Assembly (NCBI GenBank): GCA_030324005.1
Contig: JARDVH010000169.1
Span: 13,092,177 to 13,156,176 of the forward strand
From: Negaprion brevirostris
Taxonomy: Eukaryota
Reading direction: 5' to 3'
DNA: 64,000 bases
Position 1 is the stretch's first letter. Every line of letters starts with the position of its first letter. The notes beneath the pieces are model-generated. The model worked only from the letters and a program-made list of their open reading frames with translations. It did not search any database and was not told the origin of the DNA. Below, piece by piece: positions 13,763 through 26,214 of the stretch. Both the position numbers and the translations under genes were made by a program.

Positions 13763-14095
13763 TCAAGGTACAGAGCGCAAGAAAAGGTAACAGTAGCTCT
13801 GAACATCATTCAAGGGCGAACAAAAGACAGAATAGAAAAGATTGAACTGCATTCTGGAAGTTGGAGAAATTCTCTTTGTATCTTGCGTTGACTTTGAAGA
13901 AAATGGCAACCACAAACAGAAAGCCCACAGCAATAGCCAAACTAAAATACCAGAGGACACTAAACAGCCTAGCTTTATCGCACTGAGAAAAAAATTCTTG
14001 TATCTATCCTCTCTTGTCCTGTGATGAAGATTGTTCATTTTGCTGGAAATATGTTGCACTAATTGGGAACCATCAAAAACTTTGGATGAAAGTAC
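13763..14095 (-). CDS. Putative terminal coding exon with a hydrophobic (TM-like) segment, host gene unidentified
   Basis: Acceptor 'gttaatgtttcag|GTA'; 110 open codons to TGA, VLSSKVFDGS...LGCLVSSGILVWLLLWAFCLWLPF...YLFLRSVP*; no repeat similarity recognised. Confidence 0.35.
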   Translation of the reverse strand, partial: VLSSKVFDGSQLVQHISSKMNNLHHRTREDRYKNFFLSAIKLGCLVSSGILVWLLLWAFCLWLPFSSKSTQDTKRISPTSRMQFNLFYSVFCSPLNDVQSYCYLFLRSVP

Positions 14096-14605
14096 CTGAA
14101 ACATTAACATGGGTGGAAGATCTGGCTATTGACAGTTTAATAGTGAAATTATAAATAAATGGGGGGGTATTTGGGATCGGACAAATGTTTGTTTTTCAAC
14201 ATTAGAGAATAAACTTGAATCTTTCACAGAAAGAGTTTGGAGAAGTTTGAAATATTAGTTTGAGAAGTTTCCATTTGATGATTATTGGGCCAAGAAGAGT
14301 GGAATGAATCTATCTATTGCATAAATAATTAAACTAAACTGGCAGAACTTCTGACTTGTGACAATAACGAAAAGTTGCTGAAGCTTTCTTTTCACACACT
14401 AATTCAGTGCACTGAAGTCTAATATTATTAATATTATGATCATGTGCACAAGAACACCAGTCTGGTGGTGTAAAATGCATAATCTGACAGACTTTAAATA
14501 AATTGATTAGCCTTCACAAATCCAGCAACATTATCTAGGATTTCAATCTATAAGCAAGATTTTGATAATGCTACTAATTTTGAGGGTTCTACATCAGCTT
14601 GAAGA

Positions 14606-14885
14606 GAGGTCTTGTGGCACAGCGGTCGTGTCCCTAACACTGGATCTGAGGCCGCAAAGTCCCATGTCAGCACTTGATGGTCACGGAAGGTGCGTTCATA
14701 ACGTGGCCAGACAGGTCAATCGTCAGCCTGTAAATCCTTCCAATACACCTCTCGGCAGTGGTCAGAGCAGAAGAGTTTCCTGGTCAGTTACACTGCAGTA
14801 TTTTGCTAAGCATAATCATGGACCAATCCAGTGGAAGTCCATGGCCACCAATTTAGGGCATGGTAACTAAGGAGCAGGAGGAGGA
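14606..14885 (+). mobile_element. tRNA-headed SINE with RTE-like tail
   Basis: Head 'gtggcacagcggtcgtgtccct'; tail 'catggtaactaaggagcaggaggagga'. Confidence 0.55.
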
Positions 14886-15254
14886 TATCAGCTTGAACTA
14901 ACATCTTAACAATATGCCTCAGCTATCTTTTTAAACAGTCTAATTTGAACATTTGCCTGTTGGGTGGGATAATTGAACAGTTAAACAGTAGAACTCGCAG
15001 CTGCAATAGTTTAAATTGTTAGTCCTACAAGATTAATGTACTGAGGAGGGCCTGATGTCTGCTAACCTGAGAAGTTACATCATACCCTTTGGCCTCCGTG
15101 CCAGCTTTAAGGGAATAAGCAAAATATTTTGAACTTAACAGCTTGAACTAAACATGACTTCTTTATCAAGATACTTGTTAAAAAGAGCATGAATTTTAAT
15201 TAGACTTCTCTTTGTTAATACCTTGATCTACTAACTACGCCCATAACTATGCCC

Positions 15255-15298
15255 ATGGGGTTACCAATATTTCATGATGGGGATACCAATATTTCATG
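15255..15298. repeat. 22-bp tandem duplication
   Basis: atggggttaccaatatttcatg-atggggataccaatatttcatg. Confidence 0.85.
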
Positions 15299-15604
15299 AA
15301 GAATTCATGTATTCAATCTGCATGAATAGCTTGGTCTGTTTATGTGAATCAATGTAATGGTTCATAGCAGAGGATGTAACTCTGGTTGTGTAAGTGCAAT
15401 CTGTATCTACAAGGATGTGTTCTTGCCCACAATGGAACGTAATCTGAAAGCCTACTAGAAAGAGATTTTTCTCATCCTACATGACTCTAGCTACAGAGAT
15501 GAGGTAACATCAGGTGACCCTAGTCAGTAGGAAAGACAAAGGTGTAAACAAATAATGACACTTCCAGTTTTAAAACAATTACAGCATCAGAATCCACAGC
15601 ACAG

Positions 15605-15735
15605 AGGCGTCATGGTGCCACAGTGGTTAGCACTGCTGCCTCACTGTGTCAGGGACCCAGCAACAAGGGGATTTTCACAATAACTTTATTGGAGGGTGAA
15701 TGTAAGCTTACTTGTGACTAATAAATTAATAAATA
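15605..15735 (+). mobile_element. Internally deleted HE1-type SINE
   Basis: Head 'cacagtggttagcactgctgcctc...gggaccc' joined directly to tail 'ggggattttcac...cttacttgtgactaataaa'. Confidence 0.75.
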
Positions 15736-15736
15736 A

Positions 15737-17486
15737 CATAGAACATAGGACAGTACAGGCCCTTCAGCCCTCAAAGTTGTGCCAAGCTATGTCCAAACCC
15801 AAGATCAAGCCATCCCACTCCCTACCAGTCTGGTGTGCTCCATGTGCCTATCCAATAACCACCTACAAGTTCCCAAAGTGTCCAACTCCACTGTCACAGC
15901 AGGCAGTGCATTCCACACTCCAACCACTCTCTGAGTAAAGACTCTACCTTGGACATCCCTCCTATACCTCCCACCATGAACCTTATAGTTATGTCCCCTA
16001 GTAACAGCTACATCCACCCAAGTGCACGTCCACTCTATCTATCCCCCTCATCATCTCATAAACCTTTATTAAGTCACCTCTCATCCTCCTCTGCCCCAAA
16101 GAGAAAAACCCTAGCTCCCTCAACCTTTCCTCATAAGAGATACCCTACATACCAGGCAGCACCCTGGTAAATCTCCTCTGCACTCTCTCCAATGCTTCCA
16201 CATCCTTCTTATAGTGAGCTGACCAGAATGGCGCACAATATTCCAAATGTTATCTCACCCAGGTCCTGTATAGTTGCAGCATAACCCCACGGCTAAACTC
16301 AAACCCCCGTTAATAAACACTAACACACTATAAGCCTTCTTCATGACTCTATCCACTTGACTGGCAACCTTCAGGGATCTGTGGATATGAAACCCAAGAT
16401 CTCTCTGTCCTCCACATTCCTTAGAACCCTGCTGTCGCATTCAAGTTTGTCCTACCAAAATGAATCACTTATCAGGGTTAAACTCCATCTGCTACTTCTC
16501 TGCCCAGCTCTGCATCCTATCAATGATTCTTTGCAGCCTACAACAGCCCTCCACCTCAACAACTACTCCACCAATCTTGGTGTCATCAGCAAATTTACTA
16601 ACCCACCCATCAACNNNNNNNNNNNNNNNNNNNNNNNNNNNNNNNNNNNNNNNNNNNNNNNNNNNNNNNNNNNNNNNNNNNNNNNNNNNNNNNNNNNNNN
16701 NNNNNNNNNNNNNNNNNNNNNNNNNNNNNNNNNNNNNNNNNNNNNNNNNNNNNNNNNNNNNNNNNNNNNNNNNNNNNNNNNNNNNNNNNNNNNNNNNNNN
16801 NNNNNNNNNNNNNNNNNNNNNNNNNNNNNNNNNNNNNNNNNNNNNNNNNNNNNNNNNNNNNNNNNNNNNNNNNNNNNNNNNNNNNNNNNNNNNNNNNNNN
16901 NNNNNNNNNNNNNNNNNNNNNNNNNNNNNNNNNNNNNNNNNNNNNNNNNNNNNNNNNNNNNNNNNNNNNNNNNNNNNNNNNNNNNNNNNNNNNNNNNNNN
17001 NNNNNNNNNNNNNNNNNNNNNNNNNNNNNNNNNNNNNNNNNNNNNNNNNNNNNNNNNNNNNNNNNNNNNNNNNNNNNNNNNNNNNNNNNNNNNNNNNNNN
17101 NNNNNNNNNNNNNNNNNNNNNNNNNNNNNNNNNNNNNNNNNNNNNNNNNNNNNNNNNNNNNNNNNNNNNNNNNNNNNNNNNNNNNNNNNNNNNNNNNNNN
17201 NNNNNNNNNNNNNNNNNNNNNNNNNNNNNNNNNNNNNNNNNNNNNNNNNNNNNNNNNNNNNNNNNNNNNNNNNNNNNNNNNNNNNNNNNNNNNNNNNNNN
17301 NNNNNNNNNNNNNNNNNNNNNNNNNNNNNNNNNNNNNNNNNNNNNNNNNNNNNNNNNNNNNNNNNNNNNNNNNNNNNNNNNNNNNNNNNNNNNNNNNTCC
17401 ATGCACAAGTTCCCACTACTATCCTTGACTGGCCCTAACTTCACCCTGGTCATTCTTTTATTTCTCACATAAGAAATAAACTTCAA
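15737..17486 (-). mobile_element. CR1 (HER1-like) LINE, RT and 3' end, spanning an N gap
   Basis: Minus-strand peptides SKFADDTKIGG, RDLGFHIHRSLK, VTRGHNYK, FTQRVVGVWNALP, YVRNKRMTRVKLGP; (catagaa)n tail. Confidence 0.95.
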
Positions 17487-17517
17487 CTTAATATCAGAAA
17501 CATATTACAGAAACATT

Positions 17518-17690
17518 AGTCCAAAGGTGTGCAGATTAGGTTGATTGGCCATGCTAATTTAACCCTACTGTAAGACGGATTAGCAGAGTTAAAAATGAAG
17601 GGTTATGGGCAAAGGGCCTGGGTGGGATTGTGATCTGTATATACTCAATGGATCGAGTGGTCTCCTTCCATACTGTAGGGATTCTATGAA
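17518..17690 (+). mobile_element. HE1-type SINE 3' half
   Basis: 'gtgtgcagattaggttgattggccatgctaa...ctgtagggattctatg'. Confidence 0.8.
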
Positions 17691-18477
17691 ATTAGAATAA
17701 TCTGGCTGTTATGTATCCTGACAGAAAGTGATGAGCTTTAATATTTTGGCTGTTTATTCATGAAAATATACATTCAGCTTTTGTATCCAAGCACAAACAA
17801 ATTTGCTATGAGAAGTCTACGGTTCAAACTGTATGGTGTCCTCTAACTGAAGAAGCAGGACACACGCAAGGGACCTAAAATAGAACATTGTAAAATGATT
17901 AACTCCCTGGAGAGGTGTTCAAAGAGACTGTGCTTCTTTTGAAAATACTTGTACACAATTTGTTTACCCATTTTCCCTATTTTGATATTGCAAAATAAGT
18001 AAGACTTACATAAAATAAAAAAATGGGTTGTTATAATTGCTTGCACTGCATCTAGTGACTAAACAATCTCTACTTTCTGCAGGTTAATGGACTGGTTTGT
18101 CTATCCTCAGTGAAATACCTTTGCTCTTCTTAATTGTTCATGGACCTTGCAGCAATAGACTGCTTCCAAGGCCAGAGCTACTGTGAACTATCACACCAAG
18201 TTGGTCAGATGGTCACAAGGTGCTCCTATCCTCATTAATAGCAACCTGGATAAAACCTCAAAGATGGAAAAACTGACAAGTTTAACAGTATTTTTGGCTA
18301 CTTTTGATTTTCTATTGGCATCATAGAAGGTATTAAAATGTTTCTGAACTTCATGAGCGAGGGAGTTCAATTATCATCAGAAAAGGCCAAGTAACTCATA
18401 ATTTAACCAAGTAACTCTTTAGTTCTTTCACACCACCGGACCCAGTAACTTCACCAGTGTTGCCACTAGGATTTTAG

Positions 18478-18803
18478 AATAGAATTATAGAATCCCTATA
18501 GTGCAGAAGGAGGCCATTCGGCCCATCAAGTCTGCACCAACCACATTCCCACCCAGGCCCTATCCCTGTAACCCCACATATTTACCCTGCTAATCCCTGA
18601 CACTAAGGGTCAATTTAGCATGGCCAATCAACCTAACATACGCATCTTTTGGACTGTGGGAGGAAACCAGAGCACCCAGAGGAAACCCATGCAGACACGG
18701 GGAGAACGTGCAAACTCCACACAGTCACCTGAGACTGGAATTGAACCCGGGTCCCTGGCGCTGTGAGGCAGCAGTGCTAACCGTTGTGCCAGCGTGCCAC
18801 CCA
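18478..18803 (-). mobile_element. HE1-type SINE, full length
   Basis: Reverse-complement A/B boxes ('gaattgaacccggg', 'gcagtgctaacc') and CR1-like tail 'tagaatccctatagtgcagaagg'. Confidence 0.92.
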
Positions 18804-20699
18804 TATTTGCTTTATTTTCGGAAAGTACTACATTAGTTGCACACTTTATACATTTCCTGCTGGATATTCATGACAAATGTATAATCTTCTCAAACACAGT
18901 TCAGATCCACAGTATAAATTAAGCCTCTTCCTGAAAACATGAAAGTGTTAATTTTAAAAGAGAAACCAAGAGAAAAAAACGAAGTGATTGGCAGAGTGAA
19001 AGCTGAAGTATAATGTTCTCCAGGAAGCAAAACTATAAAACCACAGTATTTCAATTCAAATTCAAGTCTTGTCACATCAAGCTAATCCAAGACTATGTTA
19101 ATTTTATGTAAAATAGAAGGAATGAGGGAGGAGGATTCAAGTTTAAGATTTCCTTTGCAAATAAATCTTCACTTCTTTAAAATTCACTTTTTGAAATGCA
19201 AGTCACTGTTTAGTATAAGTATGCAGATTTCAAGCACAACCTCCTTCGACGAAGCTCAAGGCAAGCCAGAAGATCCTGCTCCATGGCATTTAACATAATA
19301 CATTATAAGGGTCAATGACTTGCGGTGATTGAAATTGCTTGTGAAGTGTGAAACTATGAGAAGTGCATGTTGCGTTCATTTATGTACGTACATATAAAAC
19401 ATACTCGAAGAAGCAAAAATTCAAATCAGTGTGTACTACATCTGAAAGGGGGGACAGTGGGTTTTGTGGTTTTTTTTCCCCTACACTTGTACCATGAAAA
19501 AAAACTTGGCAAATGGAGGTTTACCCTTTGAAACTTAGGAAGTAATTATTCATTTAGCTCGTGATTTAAACCGCTAGCCAGGGGTGAAGCACTGATAGCT
19601 GCAAGTCCATTACTTGCAATGGCAATGTGCACATCAATTTGAGATACCAGAAATTCAAGAAAGGTCTTTGCAGAACTTTTCCAAATAATAACAGCATGCT
19701 CCTAAGTAGTTGCCCTTATTGCTCACTGAATTGAATTGAAATAATTATATTTAATATTGTTGGATCATAATTTTTGTAATATATTTTTGATGCAATACAT
19801 TTGTGGTAAGTGCAACAAGTACGCAAGATCTTTAATATAACAGTTGTTCTTTCAACAATTACTTTTTGATACAAGTAGCCAACTGCAAACTAAAATTATC
19901 TGAATCATTTAAGGAATTACAAATAAATCAATGACTTGGATTCCAGTTGACCGTATATGTTAGGGTGCTGGACACTCTGAAGATGACTGTAATACCTGGT
20001 AGACAAACCTAATGTACAGGATGACAGACTTAATAGTATCCATGTCTGGTGCAGTTTCTAATTGCTCCAAGTCAGCTTGCGAAACTGTGAAAAATCACCC
20101 TAAAGCAATAACTTAATTTTGAAAGCACTATTGTCACAATGTATATTATTGACTGTGCAATACCAATATAAATTAAATCCTGGAGTGTACAAACATCTAG
20201 AAAGATAATGAACGTTCTTTGCTGCATATTTATTTGTTTGACATGTGCAAATTAAGTATCTTTGTGCTTTGGCCAAAATTGTCTTAATTTGCACATCTCT
20301 TTTAACATTGCACCATACATTTTTACTGCTCAGTCTGTCCTAGATTGATAACTTCACTATATGCTTGATTCAGAGTTGGACTGTTGTGAACATCTGCAGT
20401 AGGGATCACAGCCAAACTGAACGCCTAACATGGGGGCTATAGCCCTACACAAGCTAGTGTCATAATGATGTCTCTATGCAGCTTCTTAAAGCTACATGTC
20501 ATTGTCTTCATCCAATGTCATATCAATCCCTTTTTTGACAAAAGAAAAACTTTGTGAGAACAGCGAATATCAGGCATAACAAGACTGAGACGGTATAGTC
20601 TTTACATATGAAGGTAATGTTTTAGTGGGTATATGATGCCACTGTATCTTGTTCTCACATCGTTTTCAGGGTAATGTGTGACATTCTGTGGTTGTACCT

Positions 20700-21960
20700 T
20701 CTCAGTGGGATCATCTTGTCCCAGAATATTGGTACTTGTGCTATTCTCTGTGACTGACCTGTGTCTATAGTTTGGAACACATGATGCGAAGATGCAAACA
20801 TGCTAACGGTTCCTTCTGAAGATCTGTCCGTTTGGCAATCAACTTCATATAACAGTGAGTGTGTGCATTTTTGCAGTACTTATTCTTGTACCCACGTCTT
20901 CATGTGGTGGTCTGGCGCGTTTTAACCTTTTATTGGTGTTATCGGTTTTGGACAGGAGAGTGATACGGACTTGCCTCGCAAACATCAGCTTGGGAGGTAA
21001 GGTTGTGGGGTTACACAAAGACTGAGCACAGCAATTTCGAAAACTTGCCTGGTTGCCCTAAATGTTGATGTGGCAGTGGTGTTGAAAACTTAACGTTTAC
21101 AGTGGCAAATGCTGCAACCTGTCTAACTCCACTGACATGATGAGGGAGGTTGACCTTACAGTTTGGTGCACCAGGAGATGTCTTTCACTTCATTGATATG
21201 TTTACATATTGCAGGATAAGTCCTGGAACTGTTATTTGTGTTGATTTCCGTGGAACCCTTCTTTGTGGTGAGTTTTGTACTTTGGGTATGTCTGGTTTGT
21301 TGAGACTGTGGCACGTTTTTGCTTAATGCCATTGGTTGAGCATGGCATGCTCATGTCAAAATGTGCTGGACACTGTCTGATAAGTGGTTAGGACCACACT
21401 GCACGCAGTGTTTGGATGTCTTTGATGTTCTGGTTACCTCGGCAGTGGTAGTTTTGTGACCAGCAACTATTGCTTCAAATTTTCTACCTTCATTTAGCAG
21501 CACATCTATTGAGTAACTTTTGGCTTTGTATAGTAGTGCCTTTCTAAAAGACTTGATGAATGCTGAAGCAATGACAAGCTCCACTAGTCTCTCCGCACAG
21601 TCATCTGATTGAAGTCACATTCATCGCCTTTGCACTAGCACCACGTCATAAACTGAGCAATGCTTTCACTTGGCTATTGCTGGTACATCATGAACTCTAG
21701 CCTGTGAATTCTAAAGATGACTTAGACTTTTAGTTCATCCTTAATAAGCTTGAAGATTTTATCTGGGTCCTTTTGTTTTTCATCTGATAGACCTGAAGAG
21801 TTGACATGCCATTGCCAAGAGAAATTAGCTCTCTCATCCCTTGGTGCTGTACCTGCTCTCCTACAAAGTGTAAGTGCCTCTTTGTCTAAAGAGTTCTGCA
21901 AGGAGGTCTCTTCTAAGAGCAAGTCTTCCTTTGGCGCATTCCTACTCAGTGGCCACTGGA
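20700..21960 (-). mobile_element. Degenerate, internally deleted Ty3/Gypsy LTR retrotransposon (gag plus integrase C-terminus)
   Basis: Gag: ELFRQR, NSSGLSDEKQKDPDKIF, RIHRLEFMMYQQ, ELVIASAFIKSFRKALL, EGRKFEAIVAG, knuckle remnant CVQCG...QCPAH...NGH.AKTC; pre-protease AFATVNV; integrase tail KLMFARQVRITL and PNGQIFRRNR. Confidence 0.85.
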
Positions 21961-22360
21961 GGTCATAGTCAAATCTCTGTTTGCCATTGCGACATTCCTG
22001 GTTTTTGGCTACACTGGGTGCTGCACAGGTGGAGTTGCCGAGTGCTGCAGCTCTTTGGGTTGAGAATTTGCACTTGCTGCCTGTCTGCTTTCCCTGTGCT
22101 CTTGGAGAATAAATGGAGCAACAAGCATCACTGTTGACTCATAAGAGTGTGCTGCTAAGGGAGAAGAAGCTTGCCTCTCCTGTTTGCTATATATTTTAAA
22201 AACAGCACTTGAGATGTTTGGCCTTTTTTTAAGCATGGTTTGAAATAAGGAAAAATAACTTCAAGTTGCAGAGATGTTGCCATGCTGATTGTTTCTGCTG
22301 CAGTGTTGAAACTTGCTTTTTTATTCCACAGGGTTGCCACCAAACCTTGACTGTCAGGAC

Positions 22361-22934
22361 AGGAAAGCTGTTTTTTTTTGCTGAAACTGAAGAAACAGAC
22401 TAACCAACAGTCGTGCTGAGCTCCCTCGAGAGCCATTGGGACTTGCCNNNNNNNNNNNNNNNNNNNNNNNTGGGATATCATTTGTTTTTTTAAAACAAAC
22501 AACGCTCTCAGCTTCACTGTTAGGATGAGTGGTGTATAAACAGCTGATGTTCAGATAAAGCAAAGCCTTTTATCCAAATCACTGAGCTGGCAGTGAGGTC
22601 TTCAGTCACTTGTGAACTCAGGATGTCTTTGAGAACTAGCCGAGGTGCCAAACTTCGAATTCCAAGTTCTTGTGGTTGAAGGTCTGGGATTTTTGTTCTT
22701 TTTAAACTGTTCTTCCCTGCTTAAATCCCTACTCCAGTCTACCTCACTTTAATGGGAAAAAAAACAAGAATTTGCTGAGCTACAAACTGACCATCCACCA
22801 CATACCAACTCACCCAATCCAAATTACAAAACAAAAGGGGCGCAGGAAAGGCAAGTCCCAATGGCTCTCGAGGGAGCTCAGCACGACTGTTGGTTAGTCT
22901 GTTTCTTCAGTTTCAGCAAAAAAAAAGCTTTCCT
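22361..22934. repeat. ~86-bp near-perfect inverted repeat (22361-22447 / 22850-22934)
   Basis: 'ctgaaactgaagaaacagactaaccaacagtcgtgctgagctccctcgagagccattgggacttgcc' and its reverse complement; the arms differ by a 2-nt indel beside the poly-T/A run. Confidence 0.9.
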
Positions 22935-23875
22935 TTGTAAATCCTTGCATGTTCTCAGTGATAAACGTTTTCGAACAATACAGATCCACAGTCTGATAAT
23001 TCAGCCACATTGGCTGCAAAATAACTGATAATCTAGCTATTGCTGACAAACGTTAAGTGAGGAATGGAAGTTTAAGTAATCATAAGGCATTTTGCTTACA
23101 GCAGTCTAGAATGCCGGAAAGAAATTACATGGTATGAAACAGAACATTGTAACAGAGAGAATTTTGCAATAATTGGACTAGTATTTTCTGGCAACATAAA
23201 AGCAAACTATTTTCACACTGCCCTTGAGAATATACTATCAACTGTATCAAAGCCTGATAAGCAGAAATGCACCTAGCCTAGTCTCTCTTTAAAAGAGAAG
23301 GATCAATTGCAAATAAACGGAAGTTTCTTCCTGACACGATCTCAATGCTTCCTGTATCTGAGAACCTTCATTTTGCTCTGTGCAGATAAACCATTTTATC
23401 CACAAAAATCTCATTTTGGGTTTATCGAAATCCTAGTGATTTGCTGTTATTTCAAGGCCTGGGGCATTATAAAACATAAACAATTTCTCATAATAATTTA
23501 GAATGTAGATAAAGGAAACAGAAAAGAATTATCCCAGTTATTTATTGTAATATCAGCCTGGCACCTAGACCTGCAAATCATGTTGACATGATAATACTAA
23601 CCCTCAAATTTTCAAATGTCATTAGCATTTCACAATGAATGGTTAATAATAAAATTATTATACTTCCACAATTCATCCTAAGGTAATCAAATAATTAANN
23701 NNNNNNNNNNNNNNNNNNNNNNNNNNNNNNNNNNNNNNNNNNNNNNNNNNNNNNNNNNNNNNNNNNNNNNNNNNNNNNNNNNNNNNNNNNNNNNNNNNGG
23801 CCTTATTTTTTTATATAGAAAGACATGTGGCTTTTTTCAAAGAAATAGATTTCCACTTCTCACTCAGTCAAAGAC

Positions 23876-24447
23876 TGTGATGCTATAAGTGACGCAGAGT
23901 CGAGGTTTCGGGTTCGAGTCCTGATTAAAGGTACTGATGGTATAAATATATTGTATCCGAATTCTGTCAGAAGCTGGTGATGTATATAGCCAAGGCCGGA
24001 AGGCGTGAGATTGCCTGAGGCACTGTGCTGGAAAAACCATCAGCTTGAGGATAAAGGTTATGGAAATCTAAGCTGAAAGAACCAAAAAGGTTTTTGAGGC
24101 AGAGCCCTGGAGCAACACAAGGTCAGCATGAATTTGTGGCAAGTAACCGCATAACCAGGCTACTGCGCCCCACATAAGCGGCCAAATCGTGGGCCTAATC
24201 AAACGATACAGAACTGAGATTTGGATCCTGAAAGTTGTACTCCCCACCATAAGGCTGCAATAGTGAATAAATCAGATCTGCTGATCCAGAGGCCTGAGCA
24301 CACCTGCTCTTATCCCAGAGGTCTACAGCCAGAAGCTGTAGAATTATTTGCATTTTTCATTCACTTAATTGAGATCATTGAAGGAGAGGGCAACTTAAAC
24401 TCTTACAAATAGATTCATTGAATGAGAGGGCAACTAAAACTCTTACA
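23876..24447 (+). mobile_element. Possible solo LTR
   Basis: TG...CA termini, TATAAA near 23941, AATAAA near 24267, CpG-richer than flanks; no clear TSD. Confidence 0.35.
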
Positions 24448-24454
24448 GATAGAT
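24375..24454. repeat. 40-bp tandem duplication
   Basis: tcattgaaggagagggcaacttaaactcttacaaatagat / tcattgaatgagagggcaactaaaactcttacagatagat. Confidence 0.9.
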
Positions 24455-24969
24455 TTTATGAATCAAAGCCAACATATCCAGTCTGGCACCCAATTACACA
24501 AAGCTTCAGTTTGATTTTGCAGTATTGCCTCTTTTTCTGCCTCCTTCCAAACTATAATCAAAAGCTCTCACTGCCTCTGAAGCCAAAATAAATCTGGACC
24601 ATTAACCTCCCAGAAATTAATTTAGCGAAAAGAAATCAGATTCCTATCTGGGCTATTTACCCTCATGCTGCCGTTGATGTCACTCTTCTGACTCTTCCAG
24701 AATATTCTCACATGACTCAAGAAAATACACAGTTCATTTGTTTTCTTCAAATAATTTGCCCATGATTTGTTACTGATTCCAGGAGGTATGTATTACTAAC
24801 TTGACATTCCTCTTAACTGGCCCACAACTGTTGATCCTGAGGGTGAGATTCAGCCTCCCATTTGCATCTTGTTCCAAATCATAGTCATAATTTTGTAAGT
24901 GTGGCTGGACAGCCATGGTCCTGTTGAGTAATGGAGTGGCACACTGATACACTATGAGAGATTTATCTG

Positions 24970-25480
24970 CTCTAAACTCAAGTTAAAAATAGTTGTCACT
25001 ATCCAAAGAAAAGCTATCCAAGTTGAGGGGATAGCCTAAGTGATCGACAAGAGGAATGAAGGAAGGTCAGGCAGTCAGTGATCTCAGAGCAGAGGACAAA
25101 GCCAGTTGAGATGGAAGTTGGAATCATTGTGGATGAGAAGTTGCTTAATAGAGAGGCAAAAGGGTTGCACCAAAGTAAGGTAGTCAGAGGGGGAAGTAGT
25201 TGCACAGATCAAGATCATGCCTGTGCAACTTGAATCGAAATGTTAAGGTTTGGAGACGGCTGTGGAAGTTGAGTGAGACCAGGAACTGAGGCACAAAATA
25301 ATCAGTGGGAGCACTGCTAAGGGTAGTTCCATTTAAAACTGAGAGCCCAGGACATAAGCCGAATGGAGCATGAGCCAGCAGAGATGAGTGGTGGCCTCAG
25401 CTATTAGTGATGCACAGGGTAAATCCAGCAGATCACTGGAAGGATATATGGAGCAACAGGAGGAACACAGCAAAGGTCAG
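24970..25480 (-). mobile_element. Old L2-like LINE fragment (endonuclease region)
   Basis: Purine-rich plus strand typical of antisense L2; decayed similarity to L2 endonuclease coding sequence. Confidence 0.45.
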
Positions 25481-25544
25481 TTCTAACAGTATGTTCAAAG
25501 CAAACACTGAAAGCTAATGAAAATGAATAAGAGCTAATGAATGA

Positions 25545-25636
25545 GCTGACAAAGGCTCACTGAACTGAAATGTTAACTGTTTCTCTCCATTGATGCCATC
25601 AGAGCTGCTGAGTATTTCCAGCATTTTCTGCTTTTA
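25545..25636 (+). mobile_element. Penelope-like pLTR-derived repeat arm
   Basis: 'ctgacaaaggctcactgaactgaaatgttaactg...gctgctgagtatttccagcattttctg'. Confidence 0.65.
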
Positions 25637-26214
25637 ACAAAATCCAAATGCTTCCATGGCAATCAAGTCATCAGCACATGCAATATTAAGAGAAGCAGTC
25701 TGCATCCTCTGACAAAATAGCAGGGGTGGGGAGTTGGTGGGTGGAATTCTTACTTGCCGAGATGCAGGCAGCAGTGGGAGTGGGAGAGTCATCCAGTAGT
25801 GTACAGAAAACCCAGGTGGTCTGGGATTCACCATGTGCTGTGGAGTTTCAACTCCATGTATGACCTTTGAGTTTAACAGCCCTAAATATCAGCCTGATAG
25901 ATTGCCTTGACTTTCACTCAGGAAGAGCACGCAAGGAGACTGCAAGACCTAATCCTGATCTTGGGCTTCCTGAGAGCCCTGGGAACCAACGTAAAACATG
26001 CAGAGCAAGTTAAATCTGAGGCTCTTACCCATAATATCATATTTAAACTGTCAATCCAATCCCAAGAGTGGACTGGCTGCACCCATCTGCCCTCCTGTAA
26101 ACTCAGTAAAACCTAGAAGTCGGGGTCAGGAGGTTTAGAGTCAACTTTTCCTCACTGTTAGAATTTTTTCCCATTTAACCCTCCAGTCACACCCAAGTCC
26201 AAAGAACCACAGCA

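Noticed and set aside
13763-13960. KASH domain
   Set aside because: No terminal PPPX motif and the tail length does not fit
16357-17486. Long ORFs of 268-371 aa
   Set aside because: They run through an N gap, and the flanks are CR1 reverse transcriptase
21351-21922. Domesticated gag (Arc/PNMA-like) gene
   Set aside because: Multiple stops and frameshifts across gag and the knuckle
24375-24454. CRISPR-like direct repeats
   Set aside because: Two adjacent copies with no spacers in vertebrate DNA; an ordinary tandem duplication
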